A stretch of 64,000 nt of DNA from Acidobacteriota bacterium. GTDB taxonomy: Bacteria > Acidobacteriota > CAIWXX01. Made by a program: the position numbers and the translations under genes. The stretch lies in assembly GCA_040755995.1 (NCBI GenBank), contig JBFMAF010000037.1, positions 256,001 to 320,000 on the forward strand, written 5' to 3'. Positions 41,326 to 50,450 of the stretch are shown here, in pieces; position 1 is the stretch's first letter, and every line of letters starts with the position of its first letter. Below the pieces are notes generated by a model that worked only from the letters and a program-made list of their open reading frames with translations, did not search any database and was not told the origin of the DNA.

Positions 41326-41643
41326 CAGTCGCACCTCGAGCTGTCCCCCGCGCGCCACAGGTTGGGGAACCTCGCCACCCCATCGCGGACCTGTGTCGCT
41401 CTATGGGCGCACTTTGCTGAGCCGGTGTCGCTGTTCACCACTACAAGGATGATGTCGCCAGGTTGCCGGATTGCGGTCAAGCTTGACGAGGCGTCGATCG
41501 GGTGGTAATAAGTGCGCGCCAGGAGTATTCCGAGGTCCGGCTGAGGGGAGCGGCTTCAATCCGAAGAGCGGGTGACTGCGACGCGAAGGAACCGGGTTCG
41601 GTCGGGCCCCGCACGCCGTCCCGGAGGTTTTTAGAGGCGAATC

Positions 41644-43143
41644 GTGGGTGTCCCTGACGTATCTGACCTGATCGAACACCTTCCTGTCGGGGTCTATCGC
41701 ACCACCCCCGATGGGAGGGTCTTGATGGCCAATCCTGCGCTTGTGCGCATGCTCGGCTATCCGGATCTCCAATCGTTGACGGCGGTGGACCTGGAAATCG
41801 GCGGATATGGGGACCAGGCGGATCGACAGCGATGGCGAGCTGCGATTGAACGCGACGGGATCAGCAGCGGGTTCGAGGTTCAGTGGCGCCGGCACGACGG
41901 CACCACTCTCTGGGTTTGCGAGCACGCGCGAGCGGTGCGGGACGGAGAAGGACGGGTTCTCTACTACGAAGGCGTCGTCGAAGACGTCACGCAGCGGAAG
42001 CGAGCGGAAGCGGAGCTATTGGAGCGAATCCGGCTGGCGTCATTGACTGCGGGTGTCTGTAGCGCTCTGGCTCGTGGCGACGCCCTGTCAGAGTTCTTGC
42101 GGCGGTGTGTGGAACTCATGGTCCAACACCTCGGACTGGCGTTTGCACGCATCTGGACCCTCAGCCCCCCTGAGAACGCCCTGGACTTGCAGGCCAGCGC
42201 AGGACTTTACACGCACATCGACGGTCCGCACCGGCGCATCCTTGTCGGTCAATCCAAGATCGGTATCATTGCCCAGGAGCGGAGGCCGCACCTCACCAAC
42301 CAAGTCATCGGGGATCCGCACGTTCAAGATCAGGAATGGGCGCGAAAAGAGGGGATGAGAGCTTTCGCCGGCTACCCATTGATCGCTGAGGACCGCATGG
42401 TCGGTGTGATGGCCATGTTCTCCCGCCAGCCGCTCACAGATTTCGCCTTTCAGGCGATGGCGCCGATCGCGGACAGCATCGCATTGGCCATCCGGGAAGA
42501 CCGGGTGGGGAGGGCGTTGCGGGAGAGCGAAGATCGCTACCGGGATCTCGTGGAACACAGCCACGACCTCATCTGTACGCACGATCTGGATGGACGTCTT
42601 CTGTCAGTGAACCGAGCGGCCGTCAGGCTCATGGGCTTTGAGCCGGAGGAAATGGTAGGCATGAACATCCGCGACGGCCTGGCGCCCGAGGTCCGAGGCA
42701 AGTTCGATGCGTACCTGACTACGCTCCGGACGCACGGAGCAGCCAGTGGGTTGATGATCGTTCTGACACGCAGCGGGGAGAGGCGCATCTGGGAGTACGA
42801 CAACACCGTACGCACCGAAGGCGTCGGCTCGCCCGTCGTGCGCGGGCTTGCGCGCGACATCACCGATCGGCTGAGGGCAGATCGCGAGCGCGATAAGTTG
42901 ATTCGCGAGCTTCAAGAGGCCGTCAGCAAAGCCAAGACCCTGAGCGGACTGCTGCCCATATGCGCCTCGTGCAAGAAGATACGAGACGACCGGGGTTACT
43001 GGAATCGAATCGAATCCTACATAGCCGACCACTCTGAAGCGGAATTCAGCCACGGTATCTGCCCCGAGTGCTTCAATAGACTATATCCCGAGTATCGAGA
43101 GGGTCCGGAGGGGGACTCGCAGACCGGGAAGACCAAACCATAG
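41644..43143 (+). CDS. PAS-GAF-PAS protein with C-terminal Cys/His domain and no kinase core
   Basis: Two PAS/PAC, GAF LQASAGLYTHIDG...FAGYPL, then LLPICASCKKIRDD...FSHGICPEC. Confidence 0.9.
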   Translation: MGVPDVSDLIEHLPVGVYRTTPDGRVLMANPALVRMLGYPDLQSLTAVDLEIGGYGDQADRQRWRAAIERDGISSGFEVQWRRHDGTTLWVCEHARAVRDGEGRVLYYEGVVEDVTQRKRAEAELLERIRLASLTAGVCSALARGDALSEFLRRCVELMVQHLGLAFARIWTLSPPENALDLQASAGLYTHIDGPHRRILVGQSKIGIIAQERRPHLTNQVIGDPHVQDQEWARKEGMRAFAGYPLIAEDRMVGVMAMFSRQPLTDFAFQAMAPIADSIALAIREDRVGRALRESEDRYRDLVEHSHDLICTHDLDGRLLSVNRAAVRLMGFEPEEMVGMNIRDGLAPEVRGKFDAYLTTLRTHGAASGLMIVLTRSGERRIWEYDNTVRTEGVGSPVVRGLARDITDRLRADRERDKLIRELQEAVSKAKTLSGLLPICASCKKIRDDRGYWNRIESYIADHSEAEFSHGICPECFNRLYPEYREGPEGDSQTGKTKP

Positions 43144-43292
43144 GCGACTCCGCAGGACACCTCCCCGATTCGCGCCACAACAAGTCCGGCTTCGGGAAGG
43201 ACGTGTCGCGGTCCGCTCGGCCCGAAACGCGCCACGACTCTCGCGCCGATCCGCATGCGGTCCACGGCCGTCTTCCTTCCAGCCGCAGCCGG

Positions 43293-43343
43293 GGAAGCGC
43301 CTGGCATCAATCGGAAGCGCCTGGCATCAATCGGAAGCGCCTG
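43293..43343. repeat. Perfect 20-bp tandem repeat x2.5
   Basis: GGAAGCGCCTGGCATCAATC twice, plus GGAAGCGCCTG. Confidence 0.95.
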
Positions 43344-43518
43344 TTGCGTCGAAGCAGATCTGAGCGCCGGACAACGTGAGGGTGATCTCGTCGGGGGCGG
43401 TCACCGCGGACCGTACCACCATGCCAAGTGACTTGGCGTACGCCTCCGTCAGCGCCAGGCTCATTGTCGAATATGATCTCGCCCGAGAGTTCGGCCAACA
43501 GCCGTCCGCGGCGGATCC

Positions 43519-43689
43519 GTGACTGTCCCCCTCGGGTCCTTCGATCACTGCCTGAAGACCAGGGACACATCGCCTCTGGAACCCGACGCCGTGGAGCACA
43601 AGTTCTACGCCCAGGGAGTCGGCCTTGTCCTGGACGTCGACCCGTCCAGCGGGGAAAGGGTGGAGCTCGTGCAGGCTACGGCGAGGTGA
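43519..43689 (+). pseudogene. C-terminal remnant of a conserved hypothetical protein (VTVPxGxF...EHKxYAxGVG type)
   Basis: Translates VTVPLGSFDHCLKTRDTSPLEPDAVEHKFYAQGVGLVLDVDPSSGERVELVQATAR*; in-frame TGA at 43474 upstream. Family recognised from memory. Confidence 0.6.
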
Positions 43690-43818
43690 AGGCGGCGAAC
43701 CAGGCCGGCACCACGCATTCCAACGCCGGAACGCCCGAACATTTCTTCGGCGCGAGCCGAAGACACCGGGCGGCCCGGGTTTGAAATCTGACCCCGACAG
43801 GATGCAGAATACACGTTC

Positions 43819-44142
43819 GTGAAGAAGATTGCGCGGCCGGCTACGAGAGATTCTGTGCTGGAGAGTCTGTTGGCGAGAAGCGCCCGGCCGAGGGTCATCG
43901 GATTGTGCATTGTCGGCCTGCTGTATGCGAGCTGCGTACGTTTTCATCCCAAGCCTGTCACGCCGGCCGCGGCCCTGGGCATGCTCCCCCTTGCCTACGG
44001 CATCGGCTCCGGCGCGGACATGCCGAAACCGCTGGCCATCGCGGCGATCGGCGCGCTCTGCATTTCCGTGATGCTCTCGCTCGTGGCCACGCCCGTCACG
44101 TATTTCCTGATGGTGGGACGACGCAGGAACACCGGAGAATGA
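43819..44142 (+). pseudogene. Chimeric remnant: TolC-like lipoprotein N-terminus fused to CusA/CzcA-type RND permease C-terminus
   Basis: Lipobox LYASC-VRFHPKPVTP runs directly into AAALGMLPLAYGIGSGADMPKPLAIAAIGALCISVMLSLVATPVTY (RND last two TM helices). Confidence 0.75.
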
Positions 44143-44275
44143 GATATCGCATTCCAGACTTCGAAAGGATCCTGGTCTACGGTCAGGGAGAATAGATGGG
44201 TAACATCAAGGCCTCGCGCGCGGAGCGCGCTAGGTTCAGTCAACGGGCAAAGTTGTAATCCACGAGGAGGCATTT

Positions 44276-45607
44276 GTGCTCAGGGCAGGAACCACATTAC
44301 TCGCATCGACTATGCTGTTCGCTCTGGTTGGTTCACAGCAAGCGGTCGGAGAACCGACGCTGCTGTCGGGCGCTTTCGACACGCCCATCCAGAAGATACG
44401 GATCGCGGTCAATTCTGTCGATGGCAGCGCTCTGGCTGTCTGGAGTCAATCCGATGCGCGAAGCAATGAGCGCGGGCGTATCTACGCTGCCGAGCTCACA
44501 CGACAGCGCGACGGCGGCTACTCGGCCGGTAGGCCGTTCCTGGTCTCGCCGGACTCCGGATGTCACCAGCGCCCATCGGTTGCCTGGCTGGAAAAGCCTC
44601 GGACCTATCTCATCGTCTGGGACACGGCGTACCGCGATCTGAAATACTTCCTCAAGCTCGATCCGGTCGATGACCGGCCGTTCCGTTCATCGGACGTACT
44701 CGCTCGCACGTTCACCCCAGGCCGCCGCCGGGGGGTCGTGCCGGGCCCGTTGGGGAAAGTCGTACGGATCAACGATCCCGCGACGATTGTGTCCCTGCTG
44801 CCGTGCGCCGTGCCGATGACCGCCTCGGATCATGACGAGGTCTTCGTGACGTACCTGGGCAGCAACGAAGGCGGCAAGGATGGGCATCATTGGTCTGCGG
44901 GGATGTGGGGGGCACGATGCACAGGGGGAAGCGACATCACGATCGGGAAGAACACGCAAATGACCTCCTGGCGCCTGATTGGAGCCGCGCTCTCCGGCTT
45001 CTCCGCGGGGGGCCGGATCTATGCTGCCGGCGTGAAGCTCGATCTGGAAGAGAGCAGTCAGATGGGGCGCGGAGGAGTGATGATCATCGATCCCGAAAGC
45101 TGCAAGGTGGAACAGTTCATCGTCACGGGCAAGATCGATCCTCGCAGCCACCCACTCTCGGATCGGGGCTTCGGCGAAGTGATCCCGCTTCCCCCAGCGC
45201 CGGCGCGAGAAGGCGCACCCTTCACGATCCTCGGCCACAGCAACGTCGATTTCAACATCCGCACCTTCCAGAGCGACCTGGCAGTTGAAACGTTCAAGAA
45301 GCTCGGCCCCGTCGATGAACGCTCAACACTCCTCGACCAACGATTCTTCGTGTTGAAGGACGCGGCCTCCTGTGCGCAGCAGGCTTACGTGCTCTACCAG
45401 GATGGCCATCGGAGCTTCTTCTACCGTCCCATCTCCTCCGTCACGGGCTTTCCGTCGGGAGCCCCCGTTGCTGCCTTCGGTCCGCTCACCGGAGAGCTTC
45501 AGTGGATGGACGTCGCCGCCTTTGGGCGCGATGTACTTGTTTCATGGGCCGAGAGGAAGCCGGACGGCCGCTACGCAGCCTGCTTTCAGAAGCTGACTGT
45601 GAAATGA
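44276..45607 (+). CDS. Secreted hypothetical protein, beta-rich (possible propeller)
   Basis: GAGGAGG RBS; signal-like N-terminus; recurring ALAVWS / YLIVWD / VLVSWA strands. Confidence 0.75.
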   Translation: MLRAGTTLLASTMLFALVGSQQAVGEPTLLSGAFDTPIQKIRIAVNSVDGSALAVWSQSDARSNERGRIYAAELTRQRDGGYSAGRPFLVSPDSGCHQRPSVAWLEKPRTYLIVWDTAYRDLKYFLKLDPVDDRPFRSSDVLARTFTPGRRRGVVPGPLGKVVRINDPATIVSLLPCAVPMTASDHDEVFVTYLGSNEGGKDGHHWSAGMWGARCTGGSDITIGKNTQMTSWRLIGAALSGFSAGGRIYAAGVKLDLEESSQMGRGGVMIIDPESCKVEQFIVTGKIDPRSHPLSDRGFGEVIPLPPAPAREGAPFTILGHSNVDFNIRTFQSDLAVETFKKLGPVDERSTLLDQRFFVLKDAASCAQQAYVLYQDGHRSFFYRPISSVTGFPSGAPVAAFGPLTGELQWMDVAAFGRDVLVSWAERKPDGRYAACFQKLTVK

Positions 45608-45636
45608 CCAGTCGAGATTGAAGAGGGGAGAAGGCA

Positions 45637-46602
45637 ATGTCGAAGAAACAAGCAAGTCCAATTCTCTCGGTCACCCTTGCGATGCTCTCGGTGATTCTCG
45701 CAGGGGTCGCGCACGCATGGGCATCGAGTCCGCCGCCTATCCAGGTCAAGTACATTGGCCAGGTCAACGCAACGGCAGTGCTCAAACCCGCGGCGATACT
45801 CGACACCAAAGTTCTTCTCGCCGATGGATGGCTGGTAATTGCGAGCGGATCATTCACCTGTTCAGGCCGGATAACACCGACGAAGCCAGGAAGCGTCCTT
45901 CCTTCGAAGCTCCGCTTCCAGGTCGTCCACAAGAATGCGAGTGGCAAAGTCCTCTATCAACTGAAATTCGACGTGAGCGTTCAGAGCAATGGCACCATTC
46001 CACGTCAAGTAAAGAAGTACACTGCCTTCGATCAGATCCCTCCAGGCGATACTCTGGAGACATCCTTTCTGCCAGTCGATCGGCCGCTGCCGGCCGGCAC
46101 GATCAATCTTGTATCGAGCATCGGCGGGTCCTCCTATTCCAAGGCACGTCCCTTCCGGCAGGCATCGCCGGAGGTGGTCGTGCAGCAGGTTGAGCTGGAC
46201 TTCAATTGGTGGCTCTATGGCGCCGCCAAGGGGCAGTCCTTCTGGCACTGCCTGCTCAGCTCTCCGAAAGGGCAACTATTCACTATTACGGGTTCATTCT
46301 ACTTGAAAGGCAAGCTCACGCCCGACAAACCCGGGACGCCGCTGCCCAGCAAGCTGAAGATGGTGATCAAGCATCTGAGCCCAACGGGGACCCTGATCAA
46401 GACGGACAACTTCCCCTTCACGGTTCAGTCCGACGGAACGATCCCCTACAAGAGCTACCCCTATACAACGGTCAATCCATCGGGGGTCAATGAATCCCTG
46501 GACATTTCACTCATCACTGTCGACAAGGCGTTCCCTGATCAGACTACTGCGGTTCTCGTAATCGGTGCGAAGGCTGCGTCCACAGCCCCGGCCGAAAGGT
46601 AG
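45637..46602 (+). CDS. Secreted hypothetical protein with an internally duplicated beta domain
   Basis: Signal peptide (AHA/AWA); two copies of TPxKPGxxLPSKL...VQSxGTIP. Confidence 0.82.
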   Translation: MSKKQASPILSVTLAMLSVILAGVAHAWASSPPPIQVKYIGQVNATAVLKPAAILDTKVLLADGWLVIASGSFTCSGRITPTKPGSVLPSKLRFQVVHKNASGKVLYQLKFDVSVQSNGTIPRQVKKYTAFDQIPPGDTLETSFLPVDRPLPAGTINLVSSIGGSSYSKARPFRQASPEVVVQQVELDFNWWLYGAAKGQSFWHCLLSSPKGQLFTITGSFYLKGKLTPDKPGTPLPSKLKMVIKHLSPTGTLIKTDNFPFTVQSDGTIPYKSYPYTTVNPSGVNESLDISLITVDKAFPDQTTAVLVIGAKAASTAPAER

Positions 46603-46845
46603 GTTGCCAGTCGCCCGTTCGCAGTTGCGGGCACGACGGAGTCGTCTGCCCCTGAGGGCGTCGCGACGTCGAGCCACCTCGACTTGGACCCCGGGGAAGA
46701 ATATTCTCCGCGCGATGCACGGCGGCCGGGATCAGCGCAAGCATCGGGTCCGGGGGCAGGCCCAGCGGCTCGACGCGCAGCGGGGATTGGATCACGCGAG
46801 CAGCACTCGGCGGCGTTTCTCCGGCGCCGCAAAAGCGCGTCACAT

Positions 46846-47254
46846 ATGGACGTGTTGACGGTTGGCGATAGGTTCGACCAGAATAGGTGCCGTACGAAGG
46901 GATAACTTCTCAACTCGGAGATCAACCTCTCATGGGTGCGGCACATTCTATGAGACGAGAACCGTCCTTTCAGGCGAAGAACTGCAGAGCTATTGCCTCT
47001 GGTACAGGAGCCTGACCGAACCGGAGGCGAAGGAGTGGGACGCGTTCGTCGCGCTTCTCACACCGGGCGAGAATACGGCCGAAGAGTTGGTGGCTTTCCG
47101 CTTCTCGACCGAGAAGGGCGGGACGGTCGCGCCCTCCGCGCCCGAGGAACGGCCAAGGTCCTATGCCGATGAGGCTCTGAGTCCAATACTGCGCGCACTG
47201 GGCGTCCAGCCGCACCAGCAAACCCCGCCGTCGTCGAACTGTTTGCAGGACTGA
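46846..47254 (+). pseudogene. Possible degraded hypothetical gene
   Basis: Protein-like stretch FYETRTVLSGEELQSYCLWYRSLTEPEAKEWDAFVALL with no good start; the upstream frame from ATG 46846 has stops. Confidence 0.3.
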
Positions 47255-47377
47255 GGTACTCGAAAGCGGCGACGGCCTGGAGATCGTGGAGGAACAGAGC
47301 TAGCTGTATCTTTTTCTGCCCCGTCTTCGTCTCTAACCAACAAGGACCGGCCGGCGGCGGCCGGGGGCCGAGGAGGT

Positions 47378-47806
47378 ATGACGATGAAGTTGATTCGTTC
47401 GATCGCAAATAGAACCACGTTCACGGCGGCCGTCACAGTGTGGCTCACGGCGGCGGGCTGCGGGCTCCGGGCGGGCGGTATCAGCATACCTGCCGATATG
47501 GCCAAGACCTGGCTGACTGACACCGGCAGGCAGGTCTACCTGCTGGACGTGCGCGGATCCGGCGAGGTCGCCCAGGGGACGATTCCGGGGGCAGACGGCA
47601 TCGCCAGCTACTGGGATTGGCCGGGGTCATTCCGCGCCCTGGGCACGCCGCCCCGCAAGGACCAGACGATCATCGTGTACTGCGCGCGCGGCATCCGGTC
47701 GGCCCTGGCCACCAGGTGGCTGCGCAGGCAGGGATACACAGAGGCCTACAATCTGGCTGGAGGCGTCCACGCGTGGACGGAAGCGGGCGGAGCGATCCAG
47801 CGCTAG
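47378..47806 (+). CDS. Rhodanese-like domain protein (exported or lipoprotein)
   Basis: AGGAGG RBS; LLDVRGSGE, active loop VYCARGIRS, YNLAGGVHAW. Confidence 0.9.
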   Translation: MTMKLIRSIANRTTFTAAVTVWLTAAGCGLRAGGISIPADMAKTWLTDTGRQVYLLDVRGSGEVAQGTIPGADGIASYWDWPGSFRALGTPPRKDQTIIVYCARGIRSALATRWLRRQGYTEAYNLAGGVHAWTEAGGAIQR

Positions 47807-47860
47807 AATAGAAGTGGAAGACGGCAGACGTGTATGCGAGGATTCGAAGGAGACATTTCC

Positions 47861-48565
47861 ATGACGGCTGACTATGCGAAGTACGCGATCCTGGCGCTTC
47901 TGTGGATCGGCTTCTGCACGCTCCACAGCTTGTTGATCTCAATCACAGTGACGCGCTTCCTGGAGAGAAAGCTGGGGGATGCCTACCGCTACTACCGGCT
48001 GTTCTACAACCTCGTCGCGCTTCTGACGCTCGTTCCCCCCGTCTGGTATTCCACGACACTTCACCGAACGATGCTCTTCACCTGGGACGGCTACCTCTCG
48101 ATCCTCCAATGGCTGATGCGCGCTGCGGGGGTCGGGCTCTTCGTCGCCGGTTTCATGAAGTACAGTCCCTCCGAGTTTCTGGGGACTCGCCAGATCCGAA
48201 GGGGAGTGAACCGTCAGGCCGCCGGACCGAGCGGCAGGCTCGTTTCGAGCGGGATACTGGCCTTCGTGCGGCATCCATTCTACTCAGCGGTGATTCTGCT
48301 CCTCTGGGCCGAGGACTTCGACGCCCCGAGGCTCATAGTCAACGGCATCCTGACCTCCTACGTGATCATCGGTACGCTGCTTGAGGAACACAAACTTCTC
48401 CTGGATTTCGGAGACCAATACCGCCTGTACCAGCGAGAGGTTTCGATGTTCGTCCCGTGGAAATGGATAAGGTTGCGATGGTTCGATAGAGTCGGACGAA
48501 GAAGTGCTCCGCCCCCGAGCCGCTCCCCCATCAGCTGCTCTGACCAGCGCATTCGGACCCGCTGA
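47861..48565 (+). CDS. NnrU / isoprenylcysteine-methyltransferase (MddA-like) membrane protein
   Basis: LHSLL, YRLFYN, EFLGTRQ, VRHPFYS, GTLLEEHKL..FGDQYRLYQREVSMFVP. Confidence 0.85.
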   Translation: MTADYAKYAILALLWIGFCTLHSLLISITVTRFLERKLGDAYRYYRLFYNLVALLTLVPPVWYSTTLHRTMLFTWDGYLSILQWLMRAAGVGLFVAGFMKYSPSEFLGTRQIRRGVNRQAAGPSGRLVSSGILAFVRHPFYSAVILLLWAEDFDAPRLIVNGILTSYVIIGTLLEEHKLLLDFGDQYRLYQREVSMFVPWKWIRLRWFDRVGRRSAPPPSRSPISCSDQRIRTR

Positions 48566-48809
48566 ATCGCCGCCCGAAATCCGAAGCGAGCTTGCCCGGC
48601 CCACGAATGCCGCACTCGCCCGGCGGCGGCATGTTGTCTCAGAATGCGCCCTGACGCGCGTAGATTTCTGTCGCGCCGCACACGTCTGCGTGCCTGCCTC
48701 TGCTTGACTCCGCGGCACGGGCATGGAATCCTTATCCCCAGCAGCACGCCCAAGGCCATCCGCCTGGCCGATGGGCGCTATGTCGTCCGGCCATCGTGGA
48801 AGGAGGCCC

Positions 48810-49124
48810 ATGAAGTTAGGTGTTCAGCCGTTTCTCATTCTGACACTGTCGCTTGGATTCGTGGTCGCTTGTGGAACGAAAGACCTCACCAAGGCCGATT
48901 TGGAGAGAGTCAACAATGGGATGAGCTTTTCCGAGGTCAAGGCAATTCTCGGGTCGCCCCATCTGGCATCGAAGGATCAGACGACGTTCCTTTGGACCAC
49001 CAAGGACAAGACACAAGGCATTTATGTGAACTTCGATGCCGCGAAGGGCAAGGTGTCCGGGATCATCATTCTGGAGGATGAGCCAGTCTTGAAGCGTGCA
49101 ATGGACAGTCTCGCGAGACAATGA
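48810..49124 (+). CDS. Small lipoprotein (BamE/SmpA-like fold possible)
   Basis: AGGAGG RBS; lipobox VVAC; GMSFSEVKAILGSP. Confidence 0.75.
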   Translation: MKLGVQPFLILTLSLGFVVACGTKDLTKADLERVNNGMSFSEVKAILGSPHLASKDQTTFLWTTKDKTQGIYVNFDAAKGKVSGIIILEDEPVLKRAMDSLARQ

Positions 49125-49334
49125 ACCCCTGTGAACGATTCCTAACACAAGCATCGATGTCGCACCTCGCATGCGGTGAAGCTGCTCGGAAGCTGGGTTC
49201 CTCGAGCCCAGGGAGAACGCCGGCGACCAGAGTTTGCCTAGTCCGGGCATCGCTGTCAGGATCGTGAAAGGAAGTCGGGTGCACATGTTTGCAGGATCGT
49301 GTCACGCGGGCCGGGCGGGGAGTGACGCAGGATA

Positions 49335-50450
49335 ATGATACCCGTAGGGAAGCTGCCACCCGAGATCCTGTTTCGTCTGCTCGGAGCGGCGGGTCAGTCT
49401 GCTGACAACGCCAGGGTCATCGTTGGGCCCGGGCTCGGGCTCGACTGCGCGGTGCTCGATTTCGGCGATCGCTACCTGGTTGCGAAGACGGACCCGATCA
49501 CATTCGCCACCGATGAGATCGGGTGGTATGCCGTGCAGGTGAATGCTAACGACATCGCCTGCTCGGGCGCTCTGCCGCTGTTCTTTCTGGCCACGATCAT
49601 TCTGCCGGAGTCGCCGGAGAATGAGAGGCTGGCCGAGAGCATCTTCGCCCAGATCCAAGCGGCCTGCGTCGAGCTCGGCGTCACCCTCGTGGGCGGCCAC
49701 ACCGAGGTCACCTACGGCACCGAACGGCCCATCGTCTCCGGCGCCATGCTCGGTGAAGTGGAAAAGGACCGGCTGGTCACCGCAGCGGGAGCATGCGAGG
49801 GCGACGCCGTGATCCTCACCAAGGGATACCCGATCGAAGCGGTCTCGATCATCGCGCGGGAGACGGAGCTCGCGCGGAAGCATTTCGATGCGGAATTCTT
49901 GTCTCGCTGCCGCGAGTTCCTGCGGAAGCCGGGGATCAGCGTCGTGCGGGACGCGCAGATCGCGACGCGCGCCGGCAAAGTCACGGCGATGCACGACCCG
50001 ACCGAGGGTGGAGTCGCCACGGGGCTGTGGGAGTTGGCGGAAGCGTCGGGCAAGCGCGTCGAAGTCGGCGGTGAGGGCTGTGCCCCGCTGGCGTGCCGGC
50101 CGGTGCTTCTCGAGGAGGGCGAGCTGCTCTGCAGTCATGCCGGCCTCGATCCACTCGGCTGCATAGCCTCCGGAGCCCTCCTGATCACAACTCCCGAACC
50201 CGAGCCCATCCAGCTTGCGCTTCAAGCGCACGGCATCCCAGCTTACTGCATCGGCAAGGTCGTTTCCGGCAGCGGCACGAATGTGCGCCATCCGGACCGT
50301 GACGAGCTGGCGAAGCTGTTCAGCGCAACGGCTCCTGGCAGGCGTGGAGTACCTTCACGACGCGGAGGACGACGGCCTCGCCTGGCGTCGCGTCGACGCA
50401 TGCCGGCTACGCCAGACGGGTGCCCCTGGTCTCCGGCAGCAGCAGCATGA
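49335..50450 (+). CDS. AIR synthase-related (HypE/ThiL-like) family protein
   Basis: GKLPP, GPGLGLDCAV, KTDPITF, NANDIACSGA, GGHTEVT, MHDPTEGG, LGCIASGALL. Confidence 0.9.
   Translation: MIPVGKLPPEILFRLLGAAGQSADNARVIVGPGLGLDCAVLDFGDRYLVAKTDPITFATDEIGWYAVQVNANDIACSGALPLFFLATIILPESPENERLAESIFAQIQAACVELGVTLVGGHTEVTYGTERPIVSGAMLGEVEKDRLVTAAGACEGDAVILTKGYPIEAVSIIARETELARKHFDAEFLSRCREFLRKPGISVVRDAQIATRAGKVTAMHDPTEGGVATGLWELAEASGKRVEVGGEGCAPLACRPVLLEEGELLCSHAGLDPLGCIASGALLITTPEPEPIQLALQAHGIPAYCIGKVVSGSGTNVRHPDRDELAKLFSATAPGRRGVPSRRGGRRPRLASRRRMPATPDGCPWSPAAAA

Noticed and set aside
41520..41620. yybP-ykoY, c-di-GMP or c-di-AMP riboswitch call
   Set aside because: Only a GGGGAG fragment resembles yybP-ykoY and other conserved motifs are missing. 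Kept only as an unnamed structure candidate.
43293..43343. 20-bp repeat as a CRISPR array
   Set aside because: Units are directly adjacent with no spacers, only 2.5 copies, and there are no cas genes.
44139..44195. 18-aa ORF MRYRIPDFERILVYGQGE coupled to the RND remnant
   Set aside because: Too short to assign; probably another deletion stub.
49135..49260. CCTAAC after the lipoprotein gene as an integron attC site
   Set aside because: No matching downstream GTTRRRY with a clear palindrome, no repeated sites and no integrase in the window.
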